64,000 bases of DNA, taken from positions 5,021 through 69,020 of the forward strand of contig JAFLCN010000020.1 in NCBI GenBank assembly GCA_017303555.1, in the 5' to 3' direction. The position numbers and the translations under genes were made by a program. Position 1 is the first letter of the stretch. Each line of letters starts with the position of its first letter. Source of the stretch: Planctomycetota bacterium. GTDB taxonomy: Bacteria > Planctomycetota > Phycisphaerae > Phycisphaerales > UBA1924. A model generated the notes under the pieces. The model worked only from the letters and a program-made list of their open reading frames with translations, had not been told where the DNA came from and did not search any database. This document shows positions 55,137 to 64,000 of the stretch, piece by piece.

Positions 55137-56996
55137 ATGTCGATCGAGGCCCAGATTCAGCAACTTCTCGCGCAAGGCAGCTATGCCGCGGCGCGCCCTC
55201 TCCTCGAACGCGCCGCCCGCACATCCTCCAATCCGCAGCTTCTGCTCGCGTACGCCCGTGTTCTCAACATCCTCGGCGAACGCGAGCCCGCGGCATACCA
55301 GGCCTCTCGCGCCCTCGCCGCGGCGTTGAACTCGCCGCACGAGCCCCAGCTCCGCGTCGTCGTCGGCGAACTTGTCCAGGAATGCGGCAAGCCGAAAGAA
55401 GCCGTTCGCATCTTCCGCGACGGGGCATCACGGTTCCCGGCGCTCAGCACGCTCCGCGCCGGGCTCATCAATGCTCTTCGCGCAAACAACCAGTCCGGCG
55501 AAGCCGGCGACGAAGCACTTCGCTCGCTCGCGGATTTTCCAAGCGACCTGTTGCTTCATCTCATCGGCGCGGGCGCGCTGGGTGACAGCCTGCGTCAAGC
55601 ACAAGCCCGTGGCGCACTCTTCCGCGCGCTCTCGCTCGCACCCGCGGATCCGCGTGCGCTCATTCCCGCCGCGACGATGCTGCACTATTGCGACGGTGTC
55701 GATCCGGCGCAGCTCACCGAGATTCACCGGCGTGCGGGTCTCGCACTCGCGAACTCCGTCGGCCCGCAGTGGCAGCCTGCGAACTGGGATCTCTCGCCCG
55801 ACCGACGTCTGAAAGTCGCACTGGTTTCCAGCGACTTCCGCGATCACGCCGTCGCCCGCTTTCTCGAACCGTGGCTCACGTATCGCGACCGAGCTCAGTT
55901 CGAATACATCGGCGTCACGCTCCGCGGCCCGGATGACGCGATGACCGCCAAGCTACGGCCGCTCTGCGATCACTGGATCGATGCGACCAACAAGCCCGAC
56001 GACCAGATCGCATCGCTCGTCCGCGCCTCACAGGCAGATATCGCCATCGACCTCGCCGGATTGCACGTGACCGCACGCCCCGCACTCTTCGCCAAACGTC
56101 TCGCGCCAATTCAAATCACCTACCTCGCCTACGCCGGCACGACCGGCATCCCCGCGATGGACTTCCGCATCGTCGATGCCATCACCGATCCACCCGGTGC
56201 GGAAGTTCTTAGCACCGAGCAACTCATCCGCATGCAGGAGCCCCCTCCCCGAGGGAGGGGGTGGGGGGTGGGCTGTGAACGCGGCAACGAGCGTGACATT
56301 TGCAGTGCCGCCCAAGCCGCTGCTTCTCCTTGCTTCCTCTGCTTCTCTCCCGACCCTCGCGCGCCCGAACCCGCCAGCAATGCAAAGCAGAACTCCCTCA
56401 CCTTCTGCTCTTTCAACGCCCAACAGAAAATCACCGACTCCACCTTCGACCTCTGGGCCGGCGCACTCCGCGCCGTCCCGCACGCAACGCTGCTCCTCAA
56501 GAGCCGCACGCTCACCGACCCGCGCACGCGCGAGATTCTGAACGCCGCCTTCGCCGCCCGCGGCATCGAACCATCACGCATCGAAGTAGCCGCCCACGCG
56601 CCGAACTACGCATCCCATCTCGAAACGTACAACCGCGCCGACATCGCGCTCGACACCCATCCCTACTGCGGCACAACCACCACGTGCGAAGCCCTGCACA
56701 TGGGCCTTCCCGTTCTCACACTCACTGGCAATTCACACGCATCGCGCGTCGGCGCGAGCCTCCTCACAGCCGCGGGCCGTTCCGATTGCATCGCAAACTC
56801 ACCCGGCGAGTTTGCAGCGATCTCCGCTGATCTCGCCTCCACAATCACGACGCGCGACAGCGTCGCACGCACGCAAGCAAAGCAGGCGCAGCGCGCACAG
56901 TTCATCGCATCCCCCGTTTGCAACGGCCCCGCCTTCGCACGCCGAATGGACGCCGCCCTTCGCACCATCTGGCAATCCCGCACGAGCAGCCAATAA
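55137..56996 (+). CDS. TPR-repeat protein fused to a GT41 (SPY/O-GlcNAc-transferase-like) glycosyltransferase
   Basis: N-terminal TPR-like helices. GT41 blocks: LKVALVSSDFRDHAVARFLEP, DIAIDLAGLHVTARPALFA, ITYLAYAGTTGIPAMDF, FCSFNAQQKIT and DTHPYCGTTTTCEALHMGLPVLTL. Confidence 0.75.
   Translation: MSIEAQIQQLLAQGSYAAARPLLERAARTSSNPQLLLAYARVLNILGEREPAAYQASRALAAALNSPHEPQLRVVVGELVQECGKPKEAVRIFRDGASRFPALSTLRAGLINALRANNQSGEAGDEALRSLADFPSDLLLHLIGAGALGDSLRQAQARGALFRALSLAPADPRALIPAATMLHYCDGVDPAQLTEIHRRAGLALANSVGPQWQPANWDLSPDRRLKVALVSSDFRDHAVARFLEPWLTYRDRAQFEYIGVTLRGPDDAMTAKLRPLCDHWIDATNKPDDQIASLVRASQADIAIDLAGLHVTARPALFAKRLAPIQITYLAYAGTTGIPAMDFRIVDAITDPPGAEVLSTEQLIRMQEPPPRGRGWGVGCERGNERDICSAAQAAASPCFLCFSPDPRAPEPASNAKQNSLTFCSFNAQQKITDSTFDLWAGALRAVPHATLLLKSRTLTDPRTREILNAAFAARGIEPSRIEVAAHAPNYASHLETYNRADIALDTHPYCGTTTTCEALHMGLPVLTLTGNSHASRVGASLLTAAGRSDCIANSPGEFAAISADLASTITTRDSVARTQAKQAQRAQFIASPVCNGPAFARRMDAALRTIWQSRTSSQ
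56241..56272 (+). repeat. Second copy of the GC-palindromic element, in frame inside the GT41 gene
   Basis: CCCCCTCCC-CGA-GGGAGGGGG-T-GGGGGG-T-GGG, translated as PPPRGRGWGVG. Confidence 0.85.
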
Positions 56997-57042
56997 ACGC
57001 GACACTTCATCGTGCGTTCCGCATTCGGTATTCCGCAGTCCA

Positions 57043-57090
57043 AAATCCGAAATCCGAAATCCGAAATCCGAAATCCGAAATCCGAAATCC
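57043..57090 (+). repeat. Heptanucleotide microsatellite (AAATCCG) x 6.9
   Basis: Six perfect units plus a partial seventh, counted directly. It lies between convergent genes. Confidence 0.95.
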
Positions 57091-57098
57091 CCTTCCCC

Positions 57099-57139
57099 TT
57101 CTCCGTGTCTCCCTCCGTGGTTCTCCGTGGCCCTCCGCG
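57099..57139 (-). repeat. CACGGAG-type repeat copy (three or four imperfect units)
   Basis: The reverse complement reads cgcggagggccacggagaaccacggagggagacacggagaa. The flank ccgaaatcccc resembles ccgaaaatccccc at 24215. Confidence 0.6.
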
Positions 57140-57162
57140 TTCAATCTCTTCTCCAAAAAGAA

Positions 57163-57200
57163 ATAGGACCTATGGGTCCCATGAGACCCATAGGTCCTAT
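57163..57200. terminator. Perfect 16-bp-stem hairpin between convergent genes (probable bidirectional terminator)
   Basis: ATAGGACCTATGGGTC-ccatga-GACCCATAGGTCCTAT, flanked by an A-rich 5' side and ctgcttt on the 3' side. Confidence 0.55.
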
Positions 57201-57214
57201 CTGCTTTCACGGTC

Positions 57215-60200
57215 TTATCTGTTGTAGATATACGTCGAGTTCAGCACGCCCTTGATCCGCTCGTTCGCCTCCGTCAGGTGCGAGAGCGTGTACGCATCCA
57301 GCCGCGCCGAGGCGCTCTTGCTCTCCAGGATCCCCTTGATCTTGTCCTGAATCGTCCGGAGCTGCATCAGCGAAAGGTTGCTGATCGGCTTGCTCGCCTC
57401 GCCGAAGAACGCATTCGGCTCCGACAGGAACACCAGGAATTCCAGGTGCTGCCGCTGCAGGTTCCGGCGCAGGCTCGAGGCCATCGGCGATCGTGCCGTG
57501 AACTGCTGCCCCGGCGCCTTGTCGATCTCCGTCCACACGTTCTTGCTGATCGTTTCCATCAGCTCCGGCAGCGTGAGAACATCCTCGGTTCCCGGCGAAC
57601 GCATCTCGTTGTCAAAGACGCGCCGCAGCGTGGTCGGGTTCATCATCAGCACCAGCGCCGTCGTCTGGATCCCCGCGATCCGATCGTGGATCGGGTACGC
57701 CGGGTCCTCGACCGCCTCGCTGAAGCCGCCCTGGTCGTACCAGCGCGCGTTCGTGAATTTCGACAGCATCTCCGGCGAAAGGTTCCACGCCGAATCGTTG
57801 AACGTGTTCTCGATTACCCACTTCAGCGCCTCACGCTGCTTGTCGCTCGAGAACGGCGTGATCGGGTCCTTCCCGTTCGGGTCGCCTTTCCTGCTGTACG
57901 ACACGCTCGATCCACCGATCTGCTTGGCCATCATCGCCATCGCCCGCGTCTGGAACGCCAGCGTCAGGTTGTAGCCCCGGCGCGCCTTCGACCAGCTCTC
58001 GCCATCTTTCACAAAGCGCTCGATCAGCCGCGATCGGTGATACCGAGCCAGCTCCATCAGGTTGTTGGCGTAATCGATCGGGTTCGCCGTGAAGTCGTAC
58101 TGGCGCGCCAGCGGGTCCGGGCCCGAAAGATCCCAGTCCGTTCCGTACACCAGCTCCGGCTCGTTGCACCGCGCCAGCACCTTCTTCGGATCATCAAACC
58201 CGTACCCGTACTCGATCGCCCAGTAGTCGTACGGTCCGTTGTCCACCTGCGCGTAGTCGCCCAGTTCCTGCGGCTTCTCCGGCCCGCCCAGCGGATTGGC
58301 GGATGCGTCGGCCTTCTTGCCGTCCCCTTCCTTCTTCTCGCCTTCCTTCTTCGCCTCCGCTTCCTTCTTCAGGTGCTCCTCGATGCGCTTCGCATCCGGC
58401 ACGTTCATGTTGATCGGCACGTAGTCCATCACCGAGCCGCTGAAGCTCTTCTTCCCCTTCACGTCCGGGCTGTTCACCTCCGCCAGCGTGTAGATCGTCG
58501 AGCCCTTGAAGTTGTGCCGCAGCCCCAGCGTGTGCCCGCACTCGTGCGCCACCAGGTCCACCAGCAGCGGCCCGATGAACCACTCCGGCACGCCGTCCAG
58601 CATGCTCACGCTCGTGCCCCCGGCCAGATTCGCCGTCCCCGTCAGGCCGTCGCTCCCCATGCCCAGTCCGATGATGTCGAGATGCATCCGCATCATCGCC
58701 ATGTCGAAGCCCTTGCCCATGCTCGCCGAGCAGAGCGCACTCGAAAGGTTCAGCTTCCGCTGCAACAATTCCGGGTTCGATGCCAGATCCACCGAGCTCG
58801 GCAGCGGCATCCCGCCGTACGCCGTCACGCCCCGCCGGATCGCCGCCTCCGGGTTGCTCCGCTCTTCCTTCAGCCTCGCGATCACCCGATCCCGATCGCC
58901 CGGGTCCGCCAGCCTCACCCGCGGATCGATCTGCGGGTGCTTGTCCAGCCAGCCGATCGTCTCCTCCGTCAAACCCTGCATCGCCACCTGCGGCAGGATC
59001 TCGCTGTAATTCTCCGCAAAGTGCCGGATCCAACCGTCCGTCAGAATGATGTCCGCATCCAGAATCTGACCCGTCAGCGGATGCACGCGGCTCGGCCCGA
59101 TCGCCGTCCCGATGTCGTTGCTCACCCAGCGCACAAAGTTGTACCGCACATCTTCCGGGTCCTTGTCCATGTGCGCGCCGCTCGCCGCATCCTGCTGATA
59201 CACCTGGATCGCGTCCGCAATCCCGATCTTCTCGAACGCCGCGTTCCACCTCTGCACGCCCTCGCGCACGTAGCGCCGATAGCGCACCGGCGTCGTGTGC
59301 TCGATGTAGAAAATGATCGGTTCCTTCGGCGGGCTCACCTTCAGCCGCGGATCGGCCTTCTCCAGGTTCCACCGGTTGATGTACCGCACCCACTTGTCAT
59401 CATCCGTGAACTTGCCCAGGTCGCGATACACCGTCGTGAAGTAGCCGATCCGTTCGTCCGCCACGCGGGGCGTGTACCCCGTGCTCTCCGGGATGCGGCT
59501 GATCGAGTAATGAAACTCCTGCATCCGGCCGCCAGCCGTCGGCATCTCGTAACTGATCTCGACATTCTCCGGGAACGCCTTGGCGCTCTTCAGGCTCGCC
59601 AGCCGCGTGTTCGCCTGCGAGATCCCCGCACCAATGAACCCGCCCACACCCCCGCCCGCGTTGAACATCTCCTTCACGCGCCCCGCCAGCATCTCCTTCA
59701 GGTCGATCACCGGCTGCCCGCCCGGTCCCATCGCCACGATCGGCACATCCAGCAGCACGCGATCCGTGAAGATCTGCTTCACGCCCGCCTTGCTCTCCGC
59801 ATCGCCCGTCGAGCGATTGCCCGTATCCGGCTCGACCAGCAGCATCCGGTTATCAAGCCGCTTCCAGTACACATACAAGTCGCCCGCCTGAAGCCCCGCA
59901 AACGTCTCACCCGTTGCGATCGTCATCGCCACAAAGTGCTTCTGCCCCGACCAGCCCGAAGGCAGCTCCGCCAGCAGCCCGCCGTCCTTCTCCCGCCGCC
60001 ACAGGCTGTACAGGCTGCCCTTTCCATCCGCCGTGCTGACGACCTTCTCATACCCCTTCGAGACTTCCTCGAACGACTTCAGGCCCGAATCGTCCTTGGG
60101 CTTCGGTGCTTCCGCTGCCGCAGCAGCCGGGGCCGGGGCGGCAGGCTGCGCGCTCGCACTCCGACTCACCGAAACCGCACTGCCCGCTGCCAGGCACAAC

Positions 60201-60247
60201 GCCAACGCAAAGATCCGAAGTTCTGCCGAAGAGGAATCGCGAAGCAT
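57215..60247 (-). CDS. Large secreted zinc metalloprotease (DUF4953/DUF5117-type zincin)
   Basis: ATG at 60247 gives a signal peptide. HExxH site VAHECGHTLGLRHNF followed by GSVMDY. 1010 aa. Confidence 0.8.
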   Translation of the reverse strand: MLRDSSSAELRIFALALCLAAGSAVSVSRSASAQPAAPAPAAAAAEAPKPKDDSGLKSFEEVSKGYEKVVSTADGKGSLYSLWRREKDGGLLAELPSGWSGQKHFVAMTIATGETFAGLQAGDLYVYWKRLDNRMLLVEPDTGNRSTGDAESKAGVKQIFTDRVLLDVPIVAMGPGGQPVIDLKEMLAGRVKEMFNAGGGVGGFIGAGISQANTRLASLKSAKAFPENVEISYEMPTAGGRMQEFHYSISRIPESTGYTPRVADERIGYFTTVYRDLGKFTDDDKWVRYINRWNLEKADPRLKVSPPKEPIIFYIEHTTPVRYRRYVREGVQRWNAAFEKIGIADAIQVYQQDAASGAHMDKDPEDVRYNFVRWVSNDIGTAIGPSRVHPLTGQILDADIILTDGWIRHFAENYSEILPQVAMQGLTEETIGWLDKHPQIDPRVRLADPGDRDRVIARLKEERSNPEAAIRRGVTAYGGMPLPSSVDLASNPELLQRKLNLSSALCSASMGKGFDMAMMRMHLDIIGLGMGSDGLTGTANLAGGTSVSMLDGVPEWFIGPLLVDLVAHECGHTLGLRHNFKGSTIYTLAEVNSPDVKGKKSFSGSVMDYVPINMNVPDAKRIEEHLKKEAEAKKEGEKKEGDGKKADASANPLGGPEKPQELGDYAQVDNGPYDYWAIEYGYGFDDPKKVLARCNEPELVYGTDWDLSGPDPLARQYDFTANPIDYANNLMELARYHRSRLIERFVKDGESWSKARRGYNLTLAFQTRAMAMMAKQIGGSSVSYSRKGDPNGKDPITPFSSDKQREALKWVIENTFNDSAWNLSPEMLSKFTNARWYDQGGFSEAVEDPAYPIHDRIAGIQTTALVLMMNPTTLRRVFDNEMRSPGTEDVLTLPELMETISKNVWTEIDKAPGQQFTARSPMASSLRRNLQRQHLEFLVFLSEPNAFFGEASKPISNLSLMQLRTIQDKIKGILESKSASARLDAYTLSHLTEANERIKGVLNSTYIYNR

Positions 60248-60308
60248 GAAAGGCTCCTGTATCCGTGAAGAGGCGCGAATCGATATCCAGAATGGACTGC
60301 CGACACCC

Positions 60309-60349
60309 AAAAGATGAACCGGCCCCGCCTTCCCGGCAGGGCTTCATTC
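60309..60349 (-). terminator. Possible terminator after the RND/MFP operon
   Basis: The minus strand has an imperfect hairpin GAATGAAGCCC...GGCCGGTTCATC followed by TTTT. The stem has mismatches. Confidence 0.35.
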
Positions 60350-60463
60350 TTGTCCCGCTTCTTGTATGCCGCGGCAGCCCAAACAGTTGCGTCAACTCGT
60401 CCGCTTCAGGTCAGTTCTCGCGCGTCTCCGCCGCTTTCTCGGTGATAGTGCCCAGATGCCGTA

Positions 60464-61570
60464 TCACGTCCCTTTCCCCGCCGCCGCCTGCACCTCATCC
60501 CCCGCCCGCAGCATCGCGTTCGGATTGATGATGATCCGCGTCTCCGGCGTCAACTCCGCCGACGTCACTTCCGTGTTCGTCCCCAGACTCCGACCCACCG
60601 CAACTGGCAGCACCTTCACCTTGCCTCCGACCACCGTCGAAAGCGACGCCTTCCCGCGCGTCGTCGTGATCGTGTTGTTCGGCACCAGAAACGTCCGATC
60701 CGCAGCACCCAGAGTGAACGTCGCCGAACCCGTCAGGCCCGCCGGGATCGTCAGATCCGGGTTCTCGATCAGCAGTTCCACACGCATCGTCCCGTTCGCA
60801 TCATCAAAGATCCCGCTCGTGCGGTACAGACTTGCCTTGATCTCCCGCCCCGGAAACTCCGCAAAGCGGATCGTGGCCACTTCGCCCGCCTTCAGCCGAA
60901 GCGCCAGATCCGGCGGGGCCGCGATCACGAAACGGAGCTTGTTGAGTTCAACAAGCCGGTACAGCCATCCATCAGCCGTCGATGAATCTCCCCGCACCCG
61001 GTCGCCCCGGTTGAAATTCCGCGCCGCGATCACCCCGCTGAACGGCGCGTACACCGTCGCAAAGCCCTGCTGCTCCTTGAATCGCGCCAGCTCCGTCTTT
61101 GCAAACCGCACCGCCGCGGCGGTCTCCGCCGCGTTGGCATTCCGCAGATCCACTTCCGCCTGAGCAATCGCCCGGGTCTCAAGCAGCGAGGCCGCGCGTT
61201 CCGCAAGCAGCCTCGCGTTCTCGGCTCGCGCCTCCGCCTGATCGATCATCGCCTTCGCGCTCTCGACGGCACGATCAATCTCCGGCGCATCGATCGTCGC
61301 CATCACATCGCCCGCCTTGACCTGATCGCCAATATCGAAGCGGCGCTCCTTCACAATCCCCGTCGCCCGCGTGAAGATCGTCGTTGATTCAAAGGCCTCC
61401 GTCCGCCCCGGGATCGTGTACGTGCGGCTCTCCGCCGCCGCGATCGGAGTCACAGTCTGCACCTGAAGCACCGCCCTCGCTGGCGGCTGAGGCGAAGCCT
61501 GCGCAAAGGTCAATGCGGCGGGCAGCAAGGCAAACGCAAGAGCATGGGAGTTCATTTTCATGGCGTGCAA
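60464..61570 (-). CDS. Efflux RND transporter periplasmic adaptor (MFP/HlyD family)
   Basis: Signal peptide, lipoyl-like hairpin (VKAGDVMATIDAPEIDRAV), coiled coil, and beta-barrel domains. Confidence 0.8.
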   Translation of the reverse strand: MHAMKMNSHALAFALLPAALTFAQASPQPPARAVLQVQTVTPIAAAESRTYTIPGRTEAFESTTIFTRATGIVKERRFDIGDQVKAGDVMATIDAPEIDRAVESAKAMIDQAEARAENARLLAERAASLLETRAIAQAEVDLRNANAAETAAAVRFAKTELARFKEQQGFATVYAPFSGVIAARNFNRGDRVRGDSSTADGWLYRLVELNKLRFVIAAPPDLALRLKAGEVATIRFAEFPGREIKASLYRTSGIFDDANGTMRVELLIENPDLTIPAGLTGSATFTLGAADRTFLVPNNTITTTRGKASLSTVVGGKVKVLPVAVGRSLGTNTEVTSAELTPETRIIINPNAMLRAGDEVQAAAGKGT

Positions 61571-61603
61571 TCGGAAAAGTGATTCTCTACGCAGGCAAAG
61601 ATC

Positions 61604-64000
61604 TCAAACCGCCGCCGGACGACCGTGGGGCACCGCCACATGGCCATTGCTGGAAACATCAACACTCGATTGAACCGGCGGGGGCAAAGCCGATTCCGAT
61701 GCCTGTCCGCCCGGAGGCGAATCCGTCGGCCGCCGGAACCGGCTGCACACAAAATCAAACGCGACCGGCACGACAAACAGCGACGCCACCGTGCCGAAGA
61801 AAAGCCCGCCGATCACGGCGCGCCCCAGCGGTGCATTCTGCTCGCCGCCCTCCGCGCCGCCCAGCGCCATCGGAACAACACCCAGGATCATCGCCGTCGC
61901 CGTCATCAGCACGGGCCGAAGCCGCGTCGTCGCCGCCTCAATCGCCGCGGCACGCGCCGGCATCCCTCCGGCAAACAAGTCGCGTGCAAAGCTGCCCACG
62001 AGCACACTGTTTGCGGTCGAGACGCCCACAACCAGAATAATCCCCATCAGCGCCGGCACACTGATCGGCGTGCCAAACAGCCAGAGCGAAAAGACCGCGC
62101 CGCTGATCGCCACCGGCAATCCCGAGATCGCCACCAGCGGCAGCAGCCACGACTGAAAATTGACCACCATCACCAGGAACACCAGCACCGCCGCCAGCCC
62201 AAGCCCGCCGATCAGTTCGCTGTACGCCGCACGCATCAGCGCCGCCTGCCCCGTCAGCTCGATGCGGTTCGCCGGCTTCTGCTTCGTCCGCAGTTCATCA
62301 ATGATCGTGTTCAGTCGATCCGAAACCGATCCAATATCCCGCGTCGTCGCGTTCCCCACAACAGTCACCGTGGGCTGGAGCGTCGTCCGCGAGATACTCG
62401 CCGGCGAACGCTTCTCGGTGAGCGTCGCAAACGAGCGCAAGGGCACGGGCGCAGCGCCGTTCGATGGCCGGATCGGCAGATTCAACAACTGCTCCACCGA
62501 TGTGAGCGTCGACGGCGGCGCGATCACCTGCACGTCGTACGAGGTGCCCACAACCGGATCGGCCCAGACATTCGGCGCGACCGTGCCGCCGCTGCCAAGC
62601 GCCGCAAGGATCGAACTCGATGCGTCCTGCTGGTTGATCCCGAACGTCGCCGCCCGCGCCCGGTCGATGCGGATCGAATACCGGGGCTGATCCAGCACCT
62701 CCCGCAGCGTGACATCCGCCACGCCCGGAATCTTCTCCATCCGGTCCATCAGGTCGCGCGCAAGCACGAGGTTCCCATCGCGATCACGCCCCACAAACCG
62801 GATCTCAAACGTCGTCGGCGCGCCCGAAGAAAGCGTCTGGCTCGTCGTGTCCGCAGGCCGGAAGAACATCTGCACATCCGGAAACTTTTCGGCCATCATG
62901 GCCCGGATGCGGGCCTCATACCCAAGACTCGGCGAGTGCTCCTTCGCGAGCTGCACCAGCACCTCCGCGTCCGATGACGAGTTCGAAGTCGTCTGAACCC
63001 ACGCCTGATTGATCGGATTCGGCGCACCGATGTTCTCGACAACAAAGCGAAGCTCACCGGCGGGGATGATCTCCCGGATGTTCCGCTGAACCTCCGCCAG
63101 CACGTGCGCCGTATCTTCCACGCGGCTGCCGCTCGGCACGCGGACAAACAGCCGGATCAGCCCCGCATCGGTCTTCGGAAAGAACTCCCGCCCCGCATGC
63201 AGAGCAGAGAAAACCCCAAGCGCCACCGCCGCGCCGACCGGAATCAGAATGACCACCTTCCACCGCAGGAGCAACCTCAGAATGCTCCCTTGGAGAGAAG
63301 CCAGCCCGTCGATCGCGCGCTCCATTTTGAGATGCATCCAGCGCAGCCCGCGAGGCGGGCGGCCGGCCGCCTTCGCTTCCGCCCGTACCTCGCTCGGCAG
63401 AATCATCGATGCCAGCGTCGGCACCAGCGTGCGCGCCAGGCAATAGCTCGCGATCATCGCGAAGATCACCGCCAGCGCCAGAGGCTGAAACACATACGCG
63501 CTCGTGCCCGTCAGCAAAAAGATCGGCAGAAAAACAATGCAGATCGAGAGCGTCGAGACAAACTCCGGGAACGCAACCTGCTGCGCCCCGTCCTTGATCG
63601 CCGTCAGCACATCCTTCCCCGATGCGATCTGCCGCTTGGTGTTCTCGATCTCCACGAGCGCGTTGTCAACAAGGATGCCGATCGAGAGCGCGAGTCCCCC
63701 CAGCGTCATCAGGTTGAACGTCGCCCCGGCCAGCAGCAGCCCGATCACCGAGCACAGCAGCGCCAGCGGGATCGATGTCAGCACAATGATCGTCGAACGC
63801 CACGAACCCAGAAAAAACAGCACCACAAACGCGACCAGCCCGCCCACCAGCAGAATCTCGTGCTCGATCCCGGCAACCGCCGCGCGCACAAACACCGATT
63901 GATCAAAGATCGGTTCGATCTGCATCCCCGGCGGCGCCGACGCCCGGATCTCCGGCATCCGCTCCAGAATGCTGTCGATGATCTCGACCGTCGAAGCGTT
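61604..64000 (-). CDS. RND efflux permease (AcrB/HAE family), C-terminal ~800 aa; 5' end lies outside the window
   Basis: The frame stays open to the window edge. Characteristic TM and periplasmic-loop alternation (GLALSIGILVDNALVEIEN, VPMALGGAEGGEQNAPLGRAVIGGL). Confidence 0.85.
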   Translation of the reverse strand, partial: NASTVEIIDSILERMPEIRASAPPGMQIEPIFDQSVFVRAAVAGIEHEILLVGGLVAFVVLFFLGSWRSTIIVLTSIPLALLCSVIGLLLAGATFNLMTLGGLALSIGILVDNALVEIENTKRQIASGKDVLTAIKDGAQQVAFPEFVSTLSICIVFLPIFLLTGTSAYVFQPLALAVIFAMIASYCLARTLVPTLASMILPSEVRAEAKAAGRPPRGLRWMHLKMERAIDGLASLQGSILRLLLRWKVVILIPVGAAVALGVFSALHAGREFFPKTDAGLIRLFVRVPSGSRVEDTAHVLAEVQRNIREIIPAGELRFVVENIGAPNPINQAWVQTTSNSSSDAEVLVQLAKEHSPSLGYEARIRAMMAEKFPDVQMFFRPADTTSQTLSSGAPTTFEIRFVGRDRDGNLVLARDLMDRMEKIPGVADVTLREVLDQPRYSIRIDRARAATFGINQQDASSSILAALGSGGTVAPNVWADPVVGTSYDVQVIAPPSTLTSVEQLLNLPIRPSNGAAPVPLRSFATLTEKRSPASISRTTLQPTVTVVGNATTRDIGSVSDRLNTIIDELRTKQKPANRIELTGQAALMRAAYSELIGGLGLAAVLVFLVMVVNFQSWLLPLVAISGLPVAISGAVFSLWLFGTPISVPALMGIILVVGVSTANSVLVGSFARDLFAGGMPARAAAIEAATTRLRPVLMTATAMILGVVPMALGGAEGGEQNAPLGRAVIGGLFFGTVASLFVVPVAFDFVCSRFRRPTDSPPGGQASESALPPPVQSSVDVSSNGHVAVPHGRPAAV

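Noticed and set aside
57043-57139. Short direct repeats considered as a possible CRISPR array
   Set aside because: The units are 7 nt and contiguous with no spacers, and no cas genes are present. This is a microsatellite plus degenerate heptamer repeats.

Overview
High-GC (~65% by eye) bacterial chromosomal segment. I support about 50 protein-coding genes. I found no rRNA, tRNA or CRISPR array. Most of the content is core housekeeping: pepA (3' part), nuoD, ispD, lexA, dprA, rpsI-rplM, gatCA, the bamA-skp-lpxD-lpxC envelope cluster, dnaN, tkt, dnaA, lysS, ptsI, rne, dxr, ohr, and an RND efflux pair. Three things point to Planctomycetota, probably Phycisphaerae-like (inference only): the diderm envelope genes, an ECF sigma factor paired with a Ser/Thr kinase, several CxxC...CPECG zinc-ribbon membrane proteins, and Cys-bounded dockerin-like C-termini. 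The many long ORFs antisense to or out of frame with real genes are GC-driven shadow ORFs, and I rejected them. Best leads: (1) a sigma70-type promoter with an overlapping LexA-box-like palindrome 0.5 kb upstream of lexA, followed by an unannotated coding-looking ORF that reads into lexA; (2) a Cys-capped double dockerin/EF-hand C-terminal module shared by three large secreted proteins, two of them convergent and next to an ECF-sigma/kinase operon; (3) G10 and G11 homopolymers at the promoter or start of surface-protein genes; (4) a Y1 (IS200/RAYT-like) transposase flanked by ~110-bp inverted multi-hairpin arms, plus two other short dispersed repeat families, one copy of which lies in frame inside a GT41 glycosyltransferase gene; (5) four membrane proteins with the same zinc-ribbon motif, two in tandem and two flanking dnaA. 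Start codons are often GTG or TTG, and several are uncertain. All functional calls rest on motifs I recognised by eye, not on searches.
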